Shown here piece by piece: positions 52,806 to 64,000 of a DNA stretch of 64,000 nucleotides (position 1 is the stretch's first letter; each line of letters begins with the position of its first letter). Source of the DNA: Octopus sinensis (taxonomy: Eukaryota); contig NC_042997.1 in assembly GCF_006345805.1 (NCBI RefSeq), positions 94,426,001 to 94,490,000 of the forward strand, in the 5' to 3' direction. The translations under genes were made by a program, and so were the position numbers. The notes under the pieces were generated by a model. The model saw nothing but the letters and a program-made list of their open reading frames with translations. It searched no databases and had not been told where the DNA came from.

Positions 52806-54181
52806 CTAGATACCAATAAATTTTATATATGTATATATATATTGTGTGTGTATGTTTGCTTGTAACAAGTGCGCGTGTTTATGTGTGCGTACAATCATAA
52901 TGTACTATATACCGCCTGAATACTTGAAAGTAAGAGAGAATCAATAAATGTCTAGAGAAGAACTATTAAAATGTATTTTGGAAAACTCCGTTCCTTATAA
53001 TGTCTTTTACTTTGATTCTGAGAAACAGCCCTCTGATATTTTTTTAAGATAGATCATTGTTCAGTTGTAGCCATTAATCTGAGCTATGGCTGACGTTCTT
53101 TTGCTGAGTCCAAGAAAATTCTTCTTTGTTATGAATCGCCACGAAACTTGCTTTGGAGTTTGGCAACACAATGGGTGTGTAAATCACATATTTGCTCTCT
53201 GTCTGCAGAGAGGACCATGCTTTTTACATACAGTAGATCACACAGAATTTGTTTCGCAGTTATAGTGAACACCAATAGTTAAATAAGTAACTATATTTAG
53301 ATTTCTGTTACTTAATGTAACATATTTCCATACACATTAATAATTACTATTATATAGGTTTTTAGAAAACGTTCAGGCTGTAACTCAGATAAAAATATTG
53401 GTGACATAATTATACAGAACCTGAACCACTTACACGGAAAATGAGTTTAAACGTCATTAAGCTACGCTTAGAAAGTGAAAATCATCGAGTGTTTACGGTG
53501 AGTATTACCTTGTTTGATTAACTGAAGTTCTTTTCGTGCAATTAACTTGTCAGTAGCTGAGTATTGCACAGACATGTGTGCTCGTTAATCATTTGTCAAG
53601 ATTACCGCGTAACATTAGGAAAAGACTGGATTATGGATTAATATATGTAATGCAGATAAAATACGGGGGAAGACTTGAACCCTCTAGTAGATGCAGGAGA
53701 TTTGTACATTAATTATCATGACAGAAAATTGAATTTAACCGGTGAGGAATCTGAAATCAAAGTTCAGATACCCTGAATGAATATCGCAAATCATTCTAAC
53801 TGCAGTGCTATCTCTTCTGCTACATCGCCACCGTGCTTATGATTATTAATATGAAGGTAAGTTTTCAAAAGTATAAAATAATTAAAAACTTTATAAGAAT
53901 TCGAAATTTTATAACCCTCTGTAATCATTATATATCTGACTTAGCGAATTTACTGACTCTTTCGGTTCGTACTATCTTATGTGAAGATAATTTTAACATA
54001 CGTAAGTAGTGTGTCATGTTCGAGACACCACTAGAATACTTTAATCAAAGAGCGATCCGACTAGAGGTGAACAACAATAACACCAACAGCAACAACAGTA
54101 TTTACACAGAAATAAGGTGGGGACTTGAGAGAGTTAAATGTCAATGCTGCAGCCTACATTCAGTTAAATGTTACAGGTTAC

Positions 54182-54266
54182 CATTTGGTTTATATCAACT
54201 TGGGGGAACGGTATATCTGGAGCTATTAATGTGGGAACTACAACGGCTTTGTTAGCTTCTAACACT
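54182..54266 (-). CDS. Candidate internal exon of an unidentified host gene (xVLEANKAVVVPTLIAPDIPFPQVDINQM)
   Basis: Acceptor TTTTCATTTTTTAG and donor ATG|GTAACC. The 85-nt segment is open in only one frame (phase 2 to 0). Confidence 0.35.
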
Positions 54267-55179
54267 CTAAAAAATGAAAATGCATTAATTTGCAAGATAA
54301 TTTTAAGGAGACACGTACGTAACTGCAGATTCACTAGTGATACATTAAATATAATTCCAGCACTAGTGCTATGACCAACTTCACAGAACCACAATTCAAA
54401 AATCTACATCATTACGACCTGCAGACCCTATGAGAGGATATCTGTATGGTTGTTTGACGGACTAGAAATAGCTGTCAAATCTCCCTTATATCACACTGAA
54501 TCGTATTTATAAAACAGATGAATGTATTAAATAATATATTGCGAAATACAGAATAATCTTTAGACAAACTGGCCACGACTAAATGCTTTGTCCAACACTT
54601 AAGCCACCACAACAATAATATTCACACAGAAACCAACTGGAGACTGTAGAATATCGATATTGCAGACTACATTCATTTAAGTATTGTTGGTTCTCATGTA
54701 TATCATAGCCATCAAATTGGAGAAATGGCACATTTAGAGCTATTGATCTGAGATTTACAATGGGTTTGACACTCACTAATGCTTGAAACTAAAAACATTA
54801 AAACTGAAATTGTCCGACAGTTTTGAACTTGGAAAACTGCTTGCGTATTTAAAACCAAATCTGCTAGTTTGAATCAGAAATCAACAGCAACATTGGTAAT
54901 GTAAACATGTAATTACTACATAGCGTTATAAAATATTTACTCCGCCTTCTTGAATATATATCCTTGAATATATCTGATGTATTCCAATTTTGACTGAAGA
55001 AACCAGTACTTCTGAATGCACCGAGTTGATTGACTTTCAAATAAATAAACTGTGCATTATCTCATTGCTAGTTCCCTTGAGGTTGTTGAGGGATTCTTCA
55101 AGCATATGTGAGAGAATGGAGAATGTGTGAATATACATAATTATACAGCAATGCCTCATTTTACAAGGACCTGCTTTAC

Positions 55180-55332
55180 GAGACCCCAAGTTTACGAGCT
55201 TTTACAAGTTTTCTTTTCTGCTAACGAGTCTTCCTTTTACGAGCGTTTACGAGTTTTCTCTTCTAACGAGTTTTCGCTTTACGAGTGTTCTCCAGGAACG
55301 AATTAACTCGTATATCGAAGCATTACTCTATA
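55180..55332. mobile_element. Probable end of a pogo/Tigger-like non-autonomous element
   Basis: TTTACGAG/TAACGAG recurs about six times. The segment ends CTCGTATATCGAAGCATTACTCTATA, whose reverse complement resembles a TA|CAGTA.TACCTCGA..TACGAG terminus. Confidence 0.4.
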
Positions 55333-56833
55333 CAATTGTGTAAACTTTAGACACACAAACAGTAATTGTGAAGAGTGGTGTGTAGTTGATAACATCGATT
55401 CCGCTACTTGATTGGAACCTGTTTTATCGAATCCGCATGGATGAAGGGTAAGATCAGCCTCAGTCGGTTTCAACTATAGGTGAAATGAACAGGTCCGGAA
55501 AAACTACAGCAAAGCATTTTGTGCGACTTTCTAACGAATTTGGAACTCCACGTATTTGCACTTCAATTTTATTTTAGGGATTATTGAGATTTTTCTTTTA
55601 ACAAGGTATAAATCAAGAAATTTTCAAAAGAAACTCTTCATGTACTTCTTACAATAATTCTTCTGAAAATACATTTTTCAAGTGACTGAATCGATTTGAA
55701 TATATACTATTTGTACAAATTCATTGTATTTTTTCTTCAGTTTTAAAATGATTTTAGCAATAAAAATACATAATCGCTTAGGTTTGGGTGTACTCATTAA
55801 TATCGATTTATTGAAAGATTTGCCAACATTTATTTAAACATGCAACGGTGCGCTTGTAACGTTGTATACAGGGTTAGATAGTCGTTTAATTTGAAGAGCG
55901 ATATAAATTATCATGTGATTATATATTTCTTTCATTTAAAATTACATTATTGGGCTTACGTTTTTAAAATATCAATTACACTTAGAATTATTACCTTCAC
56001 CCTTGTGTATTCACTTATATGATATTACAGATGTTTGTCTATAATCTAATGATATAAAATAAAACAAAAGAATAAAAGCATTCAGTAAAATATTACATTA
56101 AATTAAAACATCTAAAATTGCACTTTTTACACAATTAAATTAATTAACATATTTTGAGATTCTATTCATACATTTAATGCATATATATACTGGAATTGAG
56201 ATGGATATTTTATAATTTCAATGGATACTACATTTGTGGTAAAAAAAGATTTATTGATGGAGCTAATTTATTTCGTCTCTGTAGTTGACAGTTCAAATAA
56301 TAAACTAACTTCTTCAATAGAATTCATTCCCCATCAATGATGGAGCTAAAAAAAGGAAAATAACTATAATCATTAGATCAAGATTCTGATGTCAAATGTT
56401 AATTTATTAATTCTTTGATCATTGAAGACATGATATTTTCCTTTGAAAGTTAAATTGCCTCAACAGTCAAATTACGAAAAACACACTAAGTGGGTTTTTA
56501 TCTCGTTAGCATTAAGTGTTTACCGTTTTCATATCTCACTTTTGATTCTAAACGTGTCATTAACAAAGGCCTTTAAGCAGAAAATTAAAGTTCAGATTCA
56601 TTGCAGATAAAAAATTCAATAATTAAAAATTTAGATACTGATGGACTTAAGGTAGCTTAAATACTCTCCTTTTTTATGCATGATAATATTGTAATGATAT
56701 ATAAGGCTGGGTAAAGAAACAGTTAATGTTCAAAAGTATTTCCATTTCTATTTGGTGGCAAAAGTTTGATTTGTGACCTTTGGATTAAACTCCAGATTAT
56801 ATCAAACAAATACTCTGAATCCACGCGTACATA

Positions 56834-56876
56834 AACGTGTTATATGTAAGCGTACACAACGCTACGTACATACTCT

Positions 56877-56930
<54 letters not shown>

Positions 56931-56976
56931 GTACGAGTATGTACGTAGCGTTGTGTACGTTTACATATGACACGTT
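56834..56976. repeat. Palindrome centred on a (TA)n tract
   Basis: The ~46-bp arms AACGTGT.ATATGTAA.CGTACACAACGCTACGTACATACTC.TACT differ at 3 positions. Confidence 0.9.
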
Positions 56977-56980
56977 CGTG

Positions 56981-57014
<34 letters not shown>

Positions 57015-57527
57015 GTGTGTGTGTATATGTAGTATTTTACCTAACGAGTGAAAAATGTACGTGATACCAAATTTGAATATAATATTTAATTTCGGTAGCT
57101 CCATTAGGTCATTGCTCTGAACTTTATCTGACGCCATGTAATGGTAGAAAACATACGACTGATGGAATGCAGTGCGTGACCGTTCATTGCAAACAGGCAT
57201 TCTAATAGAATGCAGAAAGAAATAAGGGTGGGAACGGTGAAGGGAGCAGAATGTACTAGTATATGTATAGAGGTAGGGTATGAAATTCAATTCTACCTTT
57301 AGTAATTGAAATATTACTGTTATTGACTGTTGGTGTAGTGGCTACGCTAGGCAGATGATGCATTGACAATTCAAATCTTGCGTTGACCAATCAAGTCTAT
57401 AATATAAATGTTGAAATAATGAAAAGTAGTTGAGATTGTAGAAAAAGTTGGTAGACACGCATAAAACAATGTCGCATTCCTTACCTGAGTAATAAAACAA
57501 AACATAAATAATCAAATACAACAATGC

Positions 57528-57598
<71 letters not shown>

Positions 57599-60085
57599 GT
57601 GAGGAGCCAGACTGGACCCAAAAATCAGCTACTGGTTCAGACCTTCCCGAAAAACAGGCGCTGGAAGTACCCCACAGCTGGAATATTCCAACAAATGACT
57701 ATCCACGCTCGTCATCAAATAACCAAAAGAAAAAAGAATGAATAATTGTCTAGGGGATATAATAAAGAAATTCTTAAAGTCTTCTAACGTGCCATGTATT
57801 TCCCCATAAATTTAATTCAGAACAAATTTACCTAAATTGGAGACAAAAGCAGCTAGAAGTGAGACCCTACATAGTAAACAAACTTGCCAATGTCAGAAGA
57901 AACATTATGAAAAAGAAATTACTAACTGAATTAGAGATTGACCAAATTAAGCAATCAGTAATGGATAAAGGGAACGAAGTTGAAGCTAAGGAAGATACTA
58001 CAGAGGAAATAACTATAGACCAGCCCAGGTCTGATGAAAATGCGGTAATGATAGAAAGAGTTAGTGTAACTGATAAGCAACGTGAAATACTCTCAGAACC
58101 AACCATAAACACTAAGACAGATGAAAATCAAATACATGAAGAAAGTCACACAGTAACAGACCTAACTGAACTTAATGATCTAAAAAATCAAATCATGAAT
58201 GGATGGCTAAAAATTAAAGAAACCAGTATGAATGAACGTGACACTTTCCCCAAAATTCGTAACTATAACCAAAATCTGAAAGGAATTGGTAAAATCCGCC
58301 TAGCACTTAAGAATATAATAATTGGTAAAATCCGCCTAGCACTTAAGAATATAATTTCTAAAAGATTAGAAAACGACATTCCCACAAAATGCCTACTTGG
58401 CAAGAGCGTATTCAACAACAGATTGAGCTACTTAGGTCTGACATAGAATGTTTAAAAAACCTCAAGTTTTGACAAGACTATCAAACCAACAAAACTCCGA
58501 AAATTAAGGGAAAAATATATGAAAACCGTACTTGACATCGATACCACCTCAGAAACTATCAAGCAAAAAGTATGTGCTTAAACTGCCTAGGTATGAAAAC
58601 CGCGTTAGATTCTTCAAGGACAACAACATGTTAAAAAAATCCAAAAAATGTTTACAGAAAGACAGTAAAAATACGAGTTACAATAAAGTCCGTCCTATCA
58701 AAAGAAGTGCAGGAATTTTGGAATAAAATTTGGGCAGAAGAAAAAACACAATAAAAATGCTCCTTGGATTGATAGAATATCTACTGACTTAGACTCCCTT
58801 GAAGAACAAAAGTGGAAGGGTAATAAGATAGAGGATGTAAGATCTGCTCTCGGGAACTCAAGTAAATGGAAGTCTCCAGGAAAGGATAAAACGTCTGCTT
58901 GAATACCTTCTCAAAGATTCATGAACTGCTCACAAAACTTTACAACAATGTTTTGCAACGAATCTAGGGTGATTCCCTCCTGACTGAATAATGATGTAAT
59001 ATCCCTACTTCCAAACAAAGAAGAAACAAATGAACCAAAATATTATAGATCCATAACCTGGTTAACAGCAATGAATAAAATACTAACATCTGTCTTGACT
59101 GAATATACCTATAGTTTTTTAATAAAAAAAAGTGACATATTCCCAAATGAGCAAAAAGGATGTAAACGTGGGTCCTATCGTGGTAAGGATCAGTTGCTCA
59201 ACAATAAGATGATCTTGGAAGATTGTCACAAACGACACAAAAACTAGTCGATAGCCTGGCAAAACTATAAAAAAGCTTTTCTTAGTCTACCACATAGCAG
59301 GATTAAGAAATGTTTAGAAATGCATAATGTAGCACCTACTCTGCGAAAATTCTTGTCTGTAAGTATGAGATCATGGAGAACCACACGGATTTTGAACTGT
59401 GACAATGTACCTCTCAATGCTGGAGATGTAATAATTTCATGAGGTATTTCCACTCCTCTTTTCTCTAGCTTTAACGCCTCTTTCAAAATTGCTCGATGTT
59501 GTACAATACGAATATAAAATGTTTGATAAAAATAGAAATCATCTCCTTTACATGGATGGTTAAAAGCTCTTTGCAAAAAATGACCAACAACTCAAGGGCT
59601 TACTAGCGATTGTTAAACAATTCAGTGATGACATTAGGTTGCAATTTGGCCTCTATAAATGTTCAAAAGAAAACATTATGAAGGGAAAAATGACAGAAAC
59701 ATTCAACGTTAATCTTGGCTAGCAGAATGTCATAAAGGAGTTAGAACCAGCGGAGAGCTACAAATATCTAGGGGTATTTGAAGGTGATGGAATCAAACAT
59801 TAAATGATAAGGGAAAGGATCAGAAGGGAATGTCATTGCAGTGTGCAGGCAATACTGAAGACAGAGATGAATGCAAGAAACAGGATTAAAGCGATCACTA
59901 CTTTAGCCATACCGGTCGTGACTTACAGTTTCAATATCATTAACTGGTCAATTATTGAAATATGTAATCTTGACAGAAAAATACGAAATCTGTTGACAAT
60001 GGATAGAATGCACGACACTAAGGCAGATATGGAACGACTATACTGGAGGATGCCCGGTACTAAGGCAGCTGAAATAAAGTTATAA
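57599..60085 (+). mobile_element. R4/Dong-type non-LTR retrotransposon, 5' end through RT, decayed (family A)
   Basis: Starts directly after (TAA)n. Motifs NKLANVRRNIMKKKLLTELE, FWNKIW, PKNYRSITWL, EQKGCKRGS, YKKAF, LLYMDG (YMDD mutated), YKYLG, NRIKAITTLAIPVVTYSFNIINW and ADMERLY. Many stops and frameshifts. Confidence 0.9.
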
Positions 60086-60100
60086 TGAAGGAAATCTATA

Positions 60101-60167
<67 letters not shown>

Positions 60168-60199
60168 ATAATAATAATAATAATTATTATTCTTTCTAT

Positions 60200-60322
60200 T
60201 AAAGGTACCCCCGAAAAGATGAAAGATGAAGTAGACCTCGGCGGAATTTAAACTCATAACGTATTGACGGACGAAATGCCGCTAAGCATTTTGCTCGGCG
60301 TGTTAACAATTCTACCAGCTCA
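60200..60322 (-). mobile_element. SINE fragment lying between R4 pieces
   Basis: CCCCGAAAAGATGAAAG..GACCTCGGCGGAATTTAAACTCA.AACG...GACGAAATGCCGCTAAGCATTTTG. Confidence 0.75.
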
Positions 60323-60392
60323 ACACCCTAACAATACCAACGACGACAAGGACAACAACAGCCGCAACAACCACAACAACATTAATATTAAT

Positions 60393-61171
60393 ATGGGATT
60401 GGCTGATGAGAGGAAAATGAGACCAAGATCACTATACTGACAGCGCAAGACCATGTTTTGGCCAGTGTTGGCGGATGAACCTTTGGAATGAGCAGGTGCT
60501 TCCGCTGTGCCGCATCTGCAATAGTGTGGATGAAACCATTGCCCATTTCACAAACGAATGCCCTAGAATTGCGCAGAACCACTACATGTTGTGGCGACAT
60601 GATCAAGTAACGAAAGTGCTACATTGCAAACTGTGCGAAAAATGGAGTCTAGAAAAAAGCAAGACCTGGTGTGAGCACAAACTACAGAAAGTGGCGGAGT
60701 CGGAAACTAGCAAAATCGTCTGGTATTTTCCAGTTCAAACAGACCAGGTGCTAGAGAATAACAGGCCGGACCTAATGGTGATGGACAAGGGGCACCATAT
60801 ATGTTACAAAATTTGATGTGGCATACACTTTGACCGACGAATAGTCAAGAAGGAGGGCGAAAAAATAGATAAATACAACCCTCTTGAGTACGAAATAGCC
60901 CGGCTATAGAAAATGAAGTTGAAGATAGTGCCAATTATTGTTGGGTCTTTGGGAATAGTATCAGAAGGCATCAAGGGAATGTAGAGGACATTGGAAAAGA
61001 GTGCCCAGTAGAACTGTTACAAAAGTGTGCCTCCTTGGCACGGCTAGAATAACCAGGAAGCTATTAGACGGCTGAAAAGAATGCATAGCATGGTAGCGTA
61101 AGCTGCAGGTAGCAAGCCCGCTACGAATGCGAAACTCTAGGAGCTCCAACAAAACCTATAATAAAAAGAAA
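60393..61171 (+). mobile_element. R4/Dong-type 3' fragment (family B, zinc knuckle + endonuclease)
   Basis: ORF 60475..60816 reads CRICNSVDETIAHFTNECPRIAQNHY..RHDQV..NRPDLMVMDK. Collinear with 21914-22651, with the same 3' end CCAACAAAACCT...GAAATAATAAT. Confidence 0.9.
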
Positions 61172-61179
61172 TAATAATG

Positions 61180-62381
61180 ATAAGAAGAACGATCTTCAGG
61201 AAATGGACAGGAAAGCTAGAAAAGTGATGACAATTAACAAGAAACTACACCACAAAAGCGATACTGACAGACTGTATGTGCCTAGAAACAGGGTTTGAAG
61301 AGGTCTCATGAGATGTAAGAACTGTGTTGCCAGTGAGAAGAACAGTCTGGTATGGTCCATCAAATAGCAGAGTGAAACCTTGCTTGCCGCTGTTAGAATT
61401 AACAATATAATACCTACTGAAAATGTTATGTACCCACACATATTTACGCAACAAGATGAAGAAGAAAGAGCAAAATGAAACCACTGCATGGGCAATACCT
61501 CACAGAAATTGAAGGAAAAGACAAGATCAACACTTGGAGAAGGCTAATAGAAAGTGATCTGAAAGGATGCACTGAGGAATTGATATGCAGCGCAGCGCCC
61601 AGGGACAAGCTCTGAGAATGAATTACACCAAGCTCCAAATAGATAATAGTAGCGAATCGGCCCTTTATAGGATGTGTGGCAGCAGAAAGTAAACAATCTC
61701 ATATATTGTGAGTGAGTGTAGCAAGCTGGCCCAAAAACACTACAAAAGGAAGCAAAATAACGGGGCTAAGTTCGTCCACTGAAAGCTACGTGAAATGTAC
61801 GGCCTCAATTGAGCATGGAAATGATACGAACATGAACCAGAAGGCGTCATCGAGAACAAGGAACACATGATATTGTGCGATTTTACAATCCAATTTGACT
61901 CCCTAATCAAGGCTCGGAGACCAGATATTGTTGTGGGAGAGAAAATTTTGTTGTGGGAAAAAGGAAATCAAGCTCATTGATATTGCAATACGCATAACTG
62001 ACAAAGAACTAGAAAAGACTGAGAAGTACTGACTACTAAAAGAGGAATTTGCAAGAATGTGGACTATGAGGAGAGTGTCTGTCATTCCAGTAATTGTAGA
62101 GGCACTCGGAGCATTGACAACCAAGATTTAGAAATACGTAAAAGAAATCCAAATTGTTACTAGAGCAGAGGAAACCCCAAAATCTGCTCTGCTGGGGACA
62201 GTTAGGATTTTGAGAATAGTACTTGTATGTTGAATGTCTCCCACGATAATTCACAAGCAAGAACCAATTTTTATAATGTGTGGAACGATACCCTGGCAGC
62301 AGGCTGATTTCTGGCAGCAGGCTGTTGTCCACTCTCACAGAATCTACCAGAGCAAACAAGACCGCTCGTTCTGAGAAGTAA
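61180..62381 (+). mobile_element. R4/Dong-type 3' fragment (family C)
   Basis: Motifs DLQEMDRKARKVMTINKKLHHKSDTDRLYVPR, EHEPEGVIEN, RRPDIVV, LIDIAI, SVIPVIVEALG and SALLGTVRILRIVL*. Followed by (TAA)n at 62382. Confidence 0.85.
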
Positions 62382-62463
<82 letters not shown>

Positions 62464-62823
62464 GCAACAACAACAATAACAACAACAATAATACTTTAGG
62501 TACAAGATCTGAAATCATGTGGAAGGTGAAACGATCAAAGGCAAAGTCGCACTCGGAAATGAGAACTCACATCATAAAACCAGAAGAATCTCTCACCTCT
62601 CAGAATTAATCATACATTTCCGTTCACACTTAACGTTCAGCGTACAAACACTGATATGCTCTCATCCATCTACTATGACAAGAGGTATTGTATTAATTTA
62701 TCTCCAGTTGAACCTATTCGATACATACACAGTCGGCGATCATGGAATCTACTGAGCAACAGTCAACTGATCAGGCTGCAAATAATCACTTGCATGTACA
62801 CTCATATATGTACGCACACACGC

Positions 62824-62880
<57 letters not shown>

Positions 62881-62972
62881 TACACACAGATGCATATCGA
62901 TTTTCTTCTCTTTCTATTTGTATATATACATAGAAGTGTGTGTGTGTGTGTAGGTATACATATTTGCATGTA

Positions 62973-63386
62973 TACTCTTTTACTCTTTTACTTATTTCAG
63001 TCATTTGAATGCGGCCATGCTGGAGCACCGCCTTTAGTCGAGCAAATCGACCCCGGGACTTATTCTTTGTAAGCCCAGTACTTATTCTATCGGTCTCTTT
63101 TGCCGAACTGCCAAAGTGACGGGGAGGTAAACACACCAGCATCGGTTGTCAAGCAATGCTAGGGGGACAAACACAGACACACAAACACATACACACACAT
63201 ACATATATATATATATACATATATACGACAGGCTTCTTTCAGTTTCCGTCTACCAAATCCACTCACAAGGCATTGGTTGGCCCGGGTCTATAGCAGAAGA
63301 CACTTGCCCAAGATTCCACGCAGTGGGACTGAACCCGGAACCATGTGGTTGGTTAGCAAGCTACTTACCACACAGCCACTCCTGCA
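62973..63386 (-). mobile_element. Full-length tRNA-derived SINE
   Basis: Minus-strand head GCAGGAGTGGCTGTGTGGTAAG...GGTTCAGTCCCACTGCG. Body and tail are near-identical to 9196-9540. Confidence 0.92.
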
Positions 63387-63632
63387 TGTACGTCTTTCAG
63401 TCATTGGACTGAGACCATTTTGGGGCAGCTCCTTGAAGAGGTTAGTCGAATAAATCGACAGAAGTACTTATTTTTAACCCGGTATTTATTCTAGCCCCCA
63501 CTCATTCGTTCTTTCTCTTTATTTCTCTGTGTGCGTGTATATATATATATATATATAAAATGGCGGTGCCCCAGCATGGCCACAGCTCGTGAGCTGAAAC
63601 TAGATAAAATAAAAATAATATATATATATATG

Positions 63633-63837
63633 TACTTTTACTTGTTTCAGTCATTTGACTGCGGCCATGCTGGACCACCGCCTTTTACTTACACAGGGTT
63701 ATTCTTGGGAAGCCTAGTAATTATTATATCGTTCTTTTTTGCCGAACGGCTAAGTTACGGGGACATCAACACACTAGCATCGGTTGCTAAGCGATGTTGG
63801 GAGAGGGGGACAAACACAGACACACAAACATATTAAC

Positions 63838-63900
<63 letters not shown>

Positions 63901-64000
63901 TACGACGGGCTTCTTTCAGTTTCCGTCTGGCAAATCCATTCACAAGGCTTTGGTCGGCCCGAGGTTAAAGTAGAAGACATTTGCACAAGGTGGAATGCAG
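63633..64000 (-). mobile_element. SINE copy, runs off the window end
   Basis: TTGTTTCAGTCATTTGACTGCGGCCATGCTGGA, CTTCTTTCAGTTTCCGTCT and AAGGCTTTGGTCGGCCCGAGG. Confidence 0.9.

Noticed and set aside
57599-57720. HDV-like ribozyme at the 5' end of the R4 element
   Set aside because: Such ribozymes are expected in some R2-superfamily elements, but I could not assemble the nested double pseudoknot by eye. It needs a descriptor search.

Overview
AT-rich, microsatellite-dense eukaryotic genomic DNA. The SINE families and repeat landscape look like an Octopus (cephalopod) genome; that assignment is inference from recognition, not a search. No intact protein-coding gene, rRNA, true tRNA gene or CRISPR array can be supported, and most ORFs in the track are translations of simple repeats. 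The window is dominated by transposable elements: (1) a young, 5'-truncated Penelope-like element (RT + GIY-YIG, one frameshift) at about 6.57-9.0 kb; (2) a decayed Tc1 (DD34E) and a TIR-bounded DD37D/maT-type transposon; (3) several R4/Dong-type non-LTR elements bounded by (TAA)n tracts, including a head-to-tail stack at 57.6-62.4 kb; (4) a Hero-like element, CR1-group remnants and many tRNA-derived SINEs. The most interesting signal is eight short minimal type-I hammerhead-ribozyme-like motifs in four sequence groups, each with non-canonical core bases and lying in small, apparently non-autonomous repeats or downstream of the Penelope ORF. There are also several fold-back hairpins and a weakly supported set of phase-compatible minus-strand exons at 50-55 kb from an unidentified host gene.
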